Shown piece after piece: positions 47,333 to 55,531 of a stretch of DNA of 58,566 nt. Source of the stretch: a virus (Duplodnaviria > Caudoviricetes); IMG/VR virus record IMGVR_UViG_3300034106_000909, positions 1-58,566 of that record. One strand, given 5' to 3'. Numbering within the stretch: position 1 is the first letter of the stretch; each line of letters begins with the position of its first letter. The notes beneath the pieces are model-generated. The model made no database searches and was not told the DNA's origin. It worked only from the letters and a program-made list of their open reading frames with translations. The translations under genes were made by a program, and so were the position numbers.

Positions 47333-48139
47333 TTAAATCCAAGGAGTGCCGGGGGCGGATGCGTTTGGTCCAGCAACCAGCACGATTACAAACATTGAAG
47401 TGCAAGAGTTGTTGTTCGCGCCTCCTATGGCAGTTGCCTCAATGTCAGTCTTTTCTGGTATCGCAATTGGGAACTCAAACGCGTAATCAGCTGTGCCGTT
47501 GTTAAGTGTAACTATTGAAGCGGTGCGGCGTATACCATCGGCACCGGCTGTCAATAGACGACCTTGAACTGACGTAGAACCACTGGCCTGCCCCGCAGAA
47601 AACATACCCTGCATCAAATATCCTGTATACCCTGCAGGGATAGTGTAGTGTCCAGTCACAGTGTCGTTGTAGTTAAACTTGATGATGTCATACACAGTAG
47701 CTGGAACCCCAGATGTGACGGTGCCAGTGCCGATGTATATGTCGCCTGCTGCGCTCTGCCCCGATCCTGCTGTTGCAACTGTGGCGTAGTTAATACGCAA
47801 GTAACTGTTAACAGTCGTCACGGCTGTCTGACCGCTTAATGTGACAACCTCAGAAATTTCGTTGTAGCTGGCACCCAGCCCCTCGATCAATACTGTGCGA
47901 GCACCAGTGCCAGCGCTTGTATCAGCGGCGTTGGACGAGCTAACCTTCATCTGAATCGCAGCCGCTGGGTGTGAAATAAGGCCAGTGTACGGCCAGACTG
48001 TAACTTCAGTTTGATCGACGTCACCGTTATAGCCGAAGACGGTTACGCTGCGGTGGCCCGGAATCTGCCCCCTAGCAACCTGCAGTGGGAAATCCTCGTT
48101 ACGTCGTTCAGATGTAATTGACGGGTAGAAAAAAGACAT
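47333..48139 (-). CDS. Beta-rich putative virion protein inserted between terL and portal
   Basis: GGAG RBS; FGYN.DVD...SSSNAADT..GTGART...IPEKTDIE. Confidence 0.7.
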   Translation of the reverse strand: MSFFYPSITSERRNEDFPLQVARGQIPGHRSVTVFGYNGDVDQTEVTVWPYTGLISHPAAAIQMKVSSSNAADTSAGTGARTVLIEGLGASYNEISEVVTLSGQTAVTTVNSYLRINYATVATAGSGQSAAGDIYIGTGTVTSGVPATVYDIIKFNYNDTVTGHYTIPAGYTGYLMQGMFSAGQASGSTSVQGRLLTAGADGIRRTASIVTLNNGTADYAFEFPIAIPEKTDIEATAIGGANNNSCTSMFVIVLVAGPNASAPGTPWI

Positions 48140-48161
48140 GCCTGTCTCCAAGAGTTACCCG

Positions 48162-48189
48162 ATTGTACGCTGAGCTGTCAAGCGGTCAA
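48162..48189 (-). promoter_or_regulatory. Sigma70-type promoter
   Basis: TTGACC-16 nt-TACAAT. Confidence 0.6.
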
Positions 48190-49658
48190 GTGTAGGCGTA
48201 CGAGGACTTCTTGACTTCGCGTCTGCCGGTGTTGAGCGTGCCGCCCCGGATGTTCATGTCAATCACGGAGTCGGCGTACTGGTTGGCGTCGTGTACGTGG
48301 GAGAAGCCGTTCTTGTCTGGTTTGTCCTCCATCTCACCGGACTTTTTGATTTTGTACCGGTATCCATACCGGAATCCCTTGACCAACATGGTGCATCCCG
48401 GGTCGATCAGGTACATCGCCTTACCTTCTAACTGTTGCACAAGCAAGCGTTCAACAGCCTGAATACGCTTCTCCGGGTCGTTTGTCGGTGGCCGCTGGCA
48501 CTTGAACCCGGCCTGCTTGACGATATCCACCAGCGACACCTCGCCTTGCTGCTGCTTGGCGTACCCTGCTGGGTCTGGAGCCACAACGAACGAGCACCCC
48601 TGCATGTTGTTCGCAATGAACGGATTCAGTTTTGTCCGCAAGAACGTCTCGATACCCATGTTCTCTGAGGTCAACTCCGCCAACGTCACAACACGCCCAC
48701 GAGGGTCGCGCTGCTTAAACACTGCTGCTGGGGTGCGCCCAAAGTCCAGACCGATGATGACGGGGTAGTCCTCGCTGCGGATCGGCTTGATCTTCTCTTT
48801 GGCCACATGAAAATCGTATGTGAACGTCTTCTCGTACACCGGCGTGCCTGACAGACTACGACCATACTCCGAGCGCAGGTAAACCCGCAGCCAGTCCTCA
48901 GTCTTACCCGGAATGATGTTGGGGTAGTACTGCTTGGGCAGGTTGTTGTAGTTGTCGCACTCAGGGTTCACGACCCACTCAGCGCCGTCCTTATCGAGCA
49001 GCACCTCTTCAGCCTCTTCGCCAAACTTCTCAAGGTACGCGTCAGGCTTAATAATCGCAGCGGGCTGCTTGTACACCGCCCAGTTCGACGGCGGCTCTTC
49101 CATTTTGTTATGCCACCACGTGTCTTCGTCTGGCATGTTGGTATCAAACAGCGCACACGACCGTGTGGGCCCACCGTCCTTCATCGACGGGTATCGGTTC
49201 AGACGACCCAGCAGACCGTCCACAACTTCGCTGTGCAGCTCCCGGCTCTCGTTACCCCACAGGAACGTGGTCTCCAGCGACAGCGCTTTCCGCACGTCGT
49301 CCGGCGTATCCAGCGCGATGAACAGCCACTCCGACTCCACCTTCGTGCCGTCCGGCAGGTTCGCCATGAGGATAAACGTCTTCTCCACGGCCTTCCAGAT
49401 ACCGGCTTCACCCGGTGGCAGCCAGTCAAACACCGTCTTTCGAGTCGTCAGGGCCAGCTGGTCCGCCGTGTTACGCACGATAACCGCCCGAGTTTTACGG
49501 ATTTTCTTGGCGTTCGGTGCCTGCCCACAGGCCATACGAACCAGCTCATGCACGCATGTGACCGACTTGCCACCACCGACGGGCCCCGCCAGCACGCGGA
49601 CGTACGCCTCGTCAAGCATGAAGTTACGCTGCGTCTCGGTCGGTTTGTAGTTGCTCAC
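48186..49658 (-). CDS. terL: Terminase large subunit
   Basis: Walker A GPVGGGKS; Walker B WGNE; DTN coupling motif; nuclease GLDFG and HVHDANQY. Confidence 0.93.
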   Translation of the reverse strand: MSNYKPTETQRNFMLDEAYVRVLAGPVGGGKSVTCVHELVRMACGQAPNAKKIRKTRAVIVRNTADQLALTTRKTVFDWLPPGEAGIWKAVEKTFILMANLPDGTKVESEWLFIALDTPDDVRKALSLETTFLWGNESRELHSEVVDGLLGRLNRYPSMKDGGPTRSCALFDTNMPDEDTWWHNKMEEPPSNWAVYKQPAAIIKPDAYLEKFGEEAEEVLLDKDGAEWVVNPECDNYNNLPKQYYPNIIPGKTEDWLRVYLRSEYGRSLSGTPVYEKTFTYDFHVAKEKIKPIRSEDYPVIIGLDFGRTPAAVFKQRDPRGRVVTLAELTSENMGIETFLRTKLNPFIANNMQGCSFVVAPDPAGYAKQQQGEVSLVDIVKQAGFKCQRPPTNDPEKRIQAVERLLVQQLEGKAMYLIDPGCTMLVKGFRYGYRYKIKKSGEMEDKPDKNGFSHVHDANQYADSVIDMNIRGGTLNTGRREVKKSSYAYT

Positions 49659-50167
49659 TTGATCTCCTTGACCTCAGCGTCCAGTGTAACCGGCGTGATG
49701 GTCTGCTGGTTGCTCAAGTTTATGCTCTGGCCACCACCCAAGTCGATAGAAATGCTGAACCCCGGGCCAACATCTTTGATTTTCTCCTCTTTGGGCTCCA
49801 ACCCTGCGGCCTTGATGAGCGTCTTGAGGACTTCGTGCTTCTGACTGAGGCTGGCATCGACCGAAGCTGCACTGAGGTACACCTGATCGAGCAAGTCCCC
49901 GGCCATCCATGCTGCCTTGGCTTTGAACGTGACGCCGTTTTTCTCGTACTCGGACCGTTTCATCTGAACTTGCAGTTGAAACCACGGCTGCACGGCCAAT
50001 TCGTTGTAATCCTCGACGGACATCCCGTGGCGAGCGGCCACGATTAGCTCATCTTCTAGCCCAAGGGCCACCGAAGCCACCATTTCCTCGCTGATTTGCG
50101 GAAACGACACCGTTTTTGGCTTGTATTCCAGCGGCAGATCGTCCATTGGTACGTCTTCAGGCTGCAT
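49655..50167 (-). CDS. terS: Terminase small subunit (putative)
   Basis: Directly upstream of and coupled to terL; helical with a C-terminal beta strand. Confidence 0.7.
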   Translation of the reverse strand: MQPEDVPMDDLPLEYKPKTVSFPQISEEMVASVALGLEDELIVAARHGMSVEDYNELAVQPWFQLQVQMKRSEYEKNGVTFKAKAAWMAGDLLDQVYLSAASVDASLSQKHEVLKTLIKAAGLEPKEEKIKDVGPGFSISIDLGGGQSINLSNQQTITPVTLDAEVKEIK

Positions 50168-50327
50168 TTGCGGTCTCCGAAGCCTGTTTTTGGGCTTTTT
50201 CGAGGGCTAAATAGTATTTTTCCATGGCAATTCTGGCCATTTCAGCCGAGGAAACCCCCTTTTGGGAGGCCAAAACACGGTATTTTTCGATCAATTCTTC
50301 AGGCAAATACAGGTTCCACCGCTTCAT
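50157..50327 (-). CDS. Ribbon-helix-helix (CopG/Arc-like) DNA-binding protein
   Basis: MKRWNLYLPEELIEKYRVLASQKGVSSAEMARIAMEKY; GGAG RBS. Confidence 0.8.
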   Translation of the reverse strand: MKRWNLYLPEELIEKYRVLASQKGVSSAEMARIAMEKYYLALEKAQKQASETANAA

Positions 50328-50420
50328 TTTGTGCTCCAAATGTATGTATACACACGTATTGTACATACGTTTTTTAATTTTTTGGGGCTTTTTTACAAGG
50401 GGGCGGGGTGTTTTTAGGGG

Positions 50421-50436
50421 TGTATGTATACATACA
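50421..50436. promoter_or_regulatory. Perfect 16-bp palindrome TGTATGTATACATACA, operator candidate
   Basis: The 12-bp core recurs at 50341, 51866 and 52292. Confidence 0.6.
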
Positions 50437-50520
50437 TGTCGTAAGTTGGGTGTGCTACGTGACTGCGTCGTAAGCAGAGGGCGGGGCGGGTGCCGCCTTG
50501 GGGGGCCTGTGGGGGGTCGG

Positions 50521-50580
50521 GTAGCGGCCTGACCAGTAGTGGAAGGGTTGCATCATGCAGTAGCGGCCTGACCAGTAGTG
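50521..50580. repeat. 21-bp direct repeat GTAGCGGCCTGACCAGTAGTG x2
   Basis: Copies at 50521-50541 and 50560-50580. Confidence 0.9.
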
Positions 50581-50582
50581 AA

Positions 50583-50970
50583 GCGCAGTGTTCAACAGCG
50601 CAGTGGTGAGAATTGGCGACCAGCGGAAATCGCGAATAGCCCTTGTGTCGAGTAGGGTAACTCCCCGAAGCCCAGTGCGGGTAGAGGTGCGAAGCCAGAG
50701 GACACGTGGAGAGTCACACGCCAACGGGTTATGCCGGGCCGGGTGTCAAGCCACAACCTGCCTAGCAGGAATGGACTCATCGCGTCGCCGGAAGTGGACG
50801 TGTCCTGAGATTGCCATGTGACTGCCGATCACAGCGAGTATGCAAGATGACTCAATGTGCGTAGGGGTCATGAATCGTATATCGCAGGCTTTTTGAGGTT
50901 GCCTGACCAACAAACTAACCGAGCGCCAACAACCGAGGGCGCTAATACTCGGAAGCCCTCTCAAGGGGCT
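50583..50970 (+). ncRNA. Candidate structured non-coding RNA/leader
   Basis: Many nested complementary segments; no credible ORF. Confidence 0.4.
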
Positions 50971-51028
50971 TGAGTGTGTATCCGCTTTGGGTACACATCA
51001 AAGCTCAATCAACCACTAAGGAAAAATC

Positions 51029-51553
51029 ATGGAAAAAGCTCAAATCCTCAAGAATATCGGTTCAATCGGTCGTGCATCCAAAAAGCTGACCGCCGACATT
51101 CAAGCGACTGCTGTCGGTTGCGCTCTCCACGCTGTCAAGCATGGGGACGTGACTCTTGCAGACCAACTCGTGGACGCCTTGGGTAAGGGTATGCGTAAAG
51201 CATCCTTGCGTGCATGGTTCGAGACCAACACGCCAATGTTCATTGCCAAGGGCAAGGACAAGTTCAGCTTCGATACTGAGCGTGCTAAGACTATGCGTGG
51301 CATGGATGCCAAGGTCTTGGAAGAAGGGCTCATGGCGCTTGCATGGGAAGAAGCCAAGCCAGAAGAAAAGGTCGTGTCAGTATTTGACGTGTCCGAAGCG
51401 TTCGACAAGTTTATCAAGCGTGTCGAGTCTATGACCAAGGATGCCGAGGTCACAACCCGCAACCGTGAAATGCTGGATTACTTGCAGTCCGCCAGTGCTC
51501 AGTACCACGAAGCCAAGGCCATGAACAGCCGAGTGTCTCTGTCCGCCGAGTAA
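51029..51553 (+). CDS. First early protein, hypothetical
   Basis: AAGGA RBS; strong codon bias; HAVKHGDVT motif. Confidence 0.8.
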   Translation: MEKAQILKNIGSIGRASKKLTADIQATAVGCALHAVKHGDVTLADQLVDALGKGMRKASLRAWFETNTPMFIAKGKDKFSFDTERAKTMRGMDAKVLEEGLMALAWEEAKPEEKVVSVFDVSEAFDKFIKRVESMTKDAEVTTRNREMLDYLQSASAQYHEAKAMNSRVSLSAE

Positions 51554-51616
51554 TCACAGGTCTCAGCCTGAAGCCCACCATGTGGGCTTTGGAGTGTCAC
51601 TTGTAAAGGAGTAATC

Positions 51617-51865
51617 ATGTCTCGTGTTCACCTAGTCCACTCAGGTGCTATGTCCAAGCACCACACCAGCACAGCCGCACCCAAGCCTGTCAGGTTGCGT
51701 ACACCACCACGTGTAGGCTATTCGAGTCGCCGAGCCAAGTCCAGTGGTGGGCAGGCGTTCATCTACACAGCCGCCGCAACCAACGGGTTCAGGTATCCAA
51801 AGCTGACACCAAGCGAATCAGGCGCTGGCTTTTGGCACCAACGCAACTCTAAGCCATGCAATTGA
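51617..51865 (+). CDS. Small basic early protein
   Basis: AAAGGAG RBS. Confidence 0.6.
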   Translation: MSRVHLVHSGAMSKHHTSTAAPKPVRLRTPPRVGYSSRRAKSSGGQAFIYTAAATNGFRYPKLTPSESGAGFWHQRNSKPCN

Positions 51866-51880
51866 TGTATGTATACACAA

Positions 51881-52205
51881 CTATCCAATTATCCAAGGGG
51901 CTTTTTACCTTGGATAATTAGGTTTCTCTTTAAAATCAATGGGTTAGACGTGCAATTAGACAATTAGACAATTATCCAAGATATTAGGTACACACAGACG
52001 ATGCGTGTGTGTTCTTGTGTGAAGGTGCGCTGAGCGCACACAATCCATACAACCCTAAAATCCTCGCGCACACTCCAGCTTTTCTGGATAATTGGATAAT
52101 TAGCCTAGGGTATACCCTCATACCCTTTCACAGCCTAGTATCCATGCGGGTTCCAGCATCAGTACCCGCTAACATCGACTATCCAAGCCCATCAAACCTT
52201 GGATA
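51881..52205. repeat. Iteron-like TATCCAA(G) repeats with an IHF site; origin candidate
   Basis: AATTATCCAAGG/CCTTGGATAATT inverted pair plus further copies; AATCAATGGGTTA at 51934-51946. Confidence 0.6.
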
Positions 52206-52269
52206 CCACCTTGCCTAATTACCCCATCAACGTACGTATACATAACGTGTGTATACATCAGGAGTCATC

Positions 52270-52428
52270 ATGTCCCAACGTCAACAGCTAATGTATGTAT
52301 ACATCAAAGATGACATGGAAGAGGACGAACCGTTCATCTTCGAGGCCGACACCAACGTCAACCCCTTGGACATGGATGACCCCGAGACCGCATATCGGGA
52401 ATACTTGGCTGATCGATTCAGCAGGTAA
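52270..52428 (+). CDS. Small highly acidic protein (52 aa)
   Basis: AGGAG RBS; MSQRQQLMYVYIKDDMEEDEPFIFEAD... Confidence 0.65.
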   Translation: MSQRQQLMYVYIKDDMEEDEPFIFEADTNVNPLDMDDPETAYREYLADRFSR

Positions 52429-52434
52429 CGTACA

Positions 52435-52458
52435 CATACATACATACATACATACATA
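52435..52458. repeat. (CATA)6 microsatellite
   Basis: Read directly from the sequence. Confidence 0.9.
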
Positions 52459-52579
52459 CCTAACATCGGGGCTACGCATACACACAGAGTGTGTGCATCA
52501 GCTTGGGGGTGGCATCCCCTTAACCCATCAATTCGCCTAAGCACCACCTCTCCCCCTCCCTCAACACATGGAGAACCCC

Positions 52580-52762
52580 ATGGACAAAACATATACGGTG
52601 GAAATCCGTGACGTGTATGGCAAGCAAACCGTATATCCAGTATGCGACACGGCGCACACGTTCGCAGCACTCACTGGCTGCAAAACCCTGACTGACCTCG
52701 CCCTGATGCGTATCAACTCATTGGGATACACGATGGTGATTAAGCCAAGGACACTGCCATGA
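52580..52762 (+). CDS. Conserved small phage early protein
   Basis: VYG...YPVC..A..FA.L.G.KTL motif; GGAG RBS. Confidence 0.75.
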   Translation: MDKTYTVEIRDVYGKQTVYPVCDTAHTFAALTGCKTLTDLALMRINSLGYTMVIKPRTLP

Positions 52763-52923
52763 GACTCGTATGGTTACTGTGGGGTAGTGATGCCGAAAAG
52801 CCGTGGCTTGAGGCCGTGTTCATCGACAAGGTGCTGGCTGAAGCAGGACTGCGCCACCTCAAGGACACCGATGACGGGCGTGGCTACATCTATTGGATTC
52901 AAGAAAAGGGGGTAACCAGATGA
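52759..52923 (+). CDS. Small hypothetical protein (54 aa)
   Basis: ATGA overlaps at both ends; AAGGA RBS. Confidence 0.6.
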   Translation: MRLVWLLWGSDAEKPWLEAVFIDKVLAEAGLRHLKDTDDGRGYIYWIQEKGVTR

Positions 52924-53156
52924 AACAACGCAAACGCAAGAAGCTCATACTCAAGAAGATGGACAAACCGTCATGGGAGTACTTCATACAGAGCACGACC
53001 ATGTACAGGACAAGGGCTATCAAGCCCTGCAAGTCATACTGCCCATGGTGCAGTGACTGTAACGCAGTCCTATTCCGAGACTTGCATGGGCGATTCCCTC
53101 ACACCCTGCAAGAGTTCAACGAGTTCGAGGGTAAACAACAGGAGAATGAGCCATGA
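52920..53156 (+). CDS. Small basic Cys-containing protein
   Basis: PCKSYCPWCSDC. Confidence 0.6.
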   Translation: MKQRKRKKLILKKMDKPSWEYFIQSTTMYRTRAIKPCKSYCPWCSDCNAVLFRDLHGRFPHTLQEFNEFEGKQQENEP

Positions 53157-53398
53157 CAGAAGCCCAGCAACTTTTCATACAAAAACACAAAGCCTTCCAT
53201 GCCATGCGTGAAGTGGTGGAGGGCAAAGCCATGACCAAGGAAGACTGGATCATCCTGCGGCTACTCATGGCCGGTAGGGCGACAGCCGCCGTGACCAAGA
53301 AAGACTATGTGCTGTCGATACTGTACCTAATCAACAAGTACAGCACGAAGAAAGTGCATGACTGCATCGACCAGCTATATATGGAGGGTAGGCCATGA
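53153..53398 (+). CDS. Hypothetical protein
   Basis: AGGAG RBS; coupled. Confidence 0.7.
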   Translation: MTEAQQLFIQKHKAFHAMREVVEGKAMTKEDWIILRLLMAGRATAAVTKKDYVLSILYLINKYSTKKVHDCIDQLYMEGRP

Positions 53399-53520
53399 CC
53401 AGACACACCCAACATGGCAGCATCCCATCCGTATGGCAGGACGATGGGTTCGGGGTACTGCACCGCATCACATTTCAGCAACTGATTGCCCGTATCGAAT
53501 CGGGTTGGAGGGAACTATGA
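53395..53520 (+). CDS. Small hypothetical protein (41 aa)
   Basis: GGAGG RBS; ATGA overlaps. Confidence 0.55.
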   Translation: MTRHTQHGSIPSVWQDDGFGVLHRITFQQLIARIESGWREL

Positions 53521-53606
53521 AACTCAGACACGTTCTGCTACTACTGCTGTATGTATTCTTGTTCGGCATCCTGTTCATGGACTTACGTGTATGGAGGCCG
53601 GGGTGA
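53517..53606 (+). CDS. 29-aa single-TM peptide
   Basis: MKLRHVLLLLLYVFLFGILFMDLRVWRPG; GGAGG RBS. Confidence 0.6.
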   Translation: MKLRHVLLLLLYVFLFGILFMDLRVWRPG

Positions 53607-53842
53607 GATGGGACGACACATACAAAGGCGGTCACCAATGCTACCAATGGCACGACCTGCTGGCTGGCGAGGGCACTGACACAGACGAATTGCTTGGTTA
53701 CGTAAGACACAAGATAACCAACGACGAGTTCATCGCTCAGATCAACGACAGAACCCAGATGAGCAAGAAGTTCGACAACCTCGAGGACGCCAAGGCACAC
53801 ATCGTCACCTACTACGTGACCCAGAAACTGGAGGGCACATGA
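53603..53842 (+). CDS. Hypothetical protein (F..L..AKA family)
   Basis: GTG start after GGAGG; GTGA overlap. Confidence 0.65.
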   Translation: MRWDDTYKGGHQCYQWHDLLAGEGTDTDELLGYVRHKITNDEFIAQINDRTQMSKKFDNLEDAKAHIVTYYVTQKLEGT

Positions 53843-54117
53843 AATTCGACTGGATGGACTGCGGCTCAGGGTACTGGCGTTGCACCGCTGACAAGCCAGT
53901 GAAAATTAAAACCCTCGAGTGGAGCTCACTGATGCGCATGACACGCATCACAGACATGGGCTACATCATGCACCGTGGTGGGAGTTACCAAGGCCACATA
54001 TATGGGAGCGTCAACCAAGACGCTATGCCCAAGAGCTTCAACACCATCGAAGCCGCCAAGGCATATGTCGAAGAACAAGCCCTTATAGGGTTAACCCTGA
54101 ACAATCTAACACGTTGA
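53839..54117 (+). CDS. Hypothetical protein (F..I..AKA family)
   Basis: GGAGG RBS; coupled. Confidence 0.7.
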   Translation: MKFDWMDCGSGYWRCTADKPVKIKTLEWSSLMRMTRITDMGYIMHRGGSYQGHIYGSVNQDAMPKSFNTIEAAKAYVEEQALIGLTLNNLTR

Positions 54118-54252
54118 CGTGTGGCTGTGTAAGTTTCGCGTAAGACGACATACATACACTCAAAAATTCGGCTACCCCATCGTTCAGGCGTCACGCATGG
54201 GGGCAGGCATCCAGACGCTACATAACTATCTCTCAACACACAAGGAATCATC

Positions 54253-55257
54253 ATGCGTTACAGCAATATCAAAACATCTGTTCTCGAACAGTTCCAAGTG
54301 GAGGGCGGCAATGCCGTTGTCCCATTCATCCTAGGCGCACCCGGTGGTGGCAAGTCAGCCTGTGCTCGTGAGGTTATCTCTGAGCTTGGCATCGAGCCCG
54401 ACAAGATCGTGGAGTTCACGGCATCCCTGCGTGACCCTGTTGACGTGCTTGGCGTACCTGACAACACTGGCGAGTACACACGCTGGGTTCCACCCCAAGA
54501 GTTCTACAACCTGCGCCAAGGTCAAGGACGCGCAGCACTCATTCTGGAGGAACTGTCCGATGCGCCTGTGCCAATGCAGAACGCCTTATGTGGCGTGATT
54601 TACGACCGTCGTGCTGGCAACCTCATGCTGTCTGACGAGTTGTTCATCATCGCCACTGGCAACCGCACCGAGGACAAGTCTGGTGCCAACCGCATCACAT
54701 CCAAGTTAGCCAACCGCACACGGCGCTTCGACTTCCAAGAGACCATCGAGGACTGGACTGCATGGGCGCTCGACAAGGATATCGACCCTGTGTTGATTCA
54801 GTTCCTGCGTTTCCGTCCCGGTCTGCTGTCTGACTTCGATGCCAACCGCTTCGCCAACCCAACGCCTCGTTCATGGGAGCGTGTCAACCTCATCCCTGAC
54901 AGCCTCGACAAGGGTCTGTTCTTCGACAACTGCGCTGGTGAGGTGGGCGAGGGCGCTGCTGCTGAGTACACTGGCTTCAAGCGTATCTACGAGTCACTGC
55001 CTGATATCGACGGTATCTTGCTCGACCCTGCTGGCTCAGATGTACCCCAAGACCCTGCGACGCTGTACGCCCTGACTGGTGCGCTGGCTCGTAAATCCAC
55101 CAAGGACAACTTCGACCGTGTGTCTAAGTACTTGAGTCGCCTGTCTCCTGAGTTCAACGTCATGGCAACCAAGGACGCGATCAAGCTGCAGCCTGCGATC
55201 AAGCACACACGTAGCTTCGTCGAGTGGGCGTCCAAGAACGCAGAAGTCCTCATGTAA
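54253..55257 (+). CDS. MoxR/dynein-related AAA+ ATPase
   Basis: Walker A GAPGGGKS; Walker B LILEE; ATGN; LANR; TPRSW. Confidence 0.9.
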   Translation: MRYSNIKTSVLEQFQVEGGNAVVPFILGAPGGGKSACAREVISELGIEPDKIVEFTASLRDPVDVLGVPDNTGEYTRWVPPQEFYNLRQGQGRAALILEELSDAPVPMQNALCGVIYDRRAGNLMLSDELFIIATGNRTEDKSGANRITSKLANRTRRFDFQETIEDWTAWALDKDIDPVLIQFLRFRPGLLSDFDANRFANPTPRSWERVNLIPDSLDKGLFFDNCAGEVGEGAAAEYTGFKRIYESLPDIDGILLDPAGSDVPQDPATLYALTGALARKSTKDNFDRVSKYLSRLSPEFNVMATKDAIKLQPAIKHTRSFVEWASKNAEVLM

Positions 55258-55260
55258 CCC

Positions 55261-55530
55261 ATGAGCTACGTATGGGAGCCCGAATTGCAACCCAGCAAGT
55301 ACGACGGGGACGACAACCTTGTGTGGAGGGTAGAGCACCACCTTAAGAAGTGCTTGCCCAAAACCGAGGGCTCTGCCTTCGACTACAAGATCAGCGTGGC
55401 ATGGATCGTCAAGATAAATGACCGCAAGTGGCTCTGCAACTTCATCACCACCAACGACGAGAGCAGGACGTTCCGCTCTCTGAAAGCAGCCAAGGCATAC
55501 ACCGTGGCAATCATCACACTGGAGAACTAA
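55261..55530 (+). CDS. Hypothetical protein (F..L..AKA family)
   Basis: Operon packing; FRSLKAAKAY. Confidence 0.65.
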   Translation: MSYVWEPELQPSKYDGDDNLVWRVEHHLKKCLPKTEGSAFDYKISVAWIVKINDRKWLCNFITTNDESRTFRSLKAAKAYTVAIITLEN

Positions 55531-55531
55531 C

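Noticed and set aside
50521-50580. Mini-CRISPR array
   Set aside because: Only two 21-bp repeats, an 18-nt spacer, no known repeat-end motif and no cas operon
50600-50810. Group II intron, RNase P or tRNA identity for the structured segment
   Set aside because: No domain V, no GAGGAAAGTCC core, no cloverleaf or T-loop
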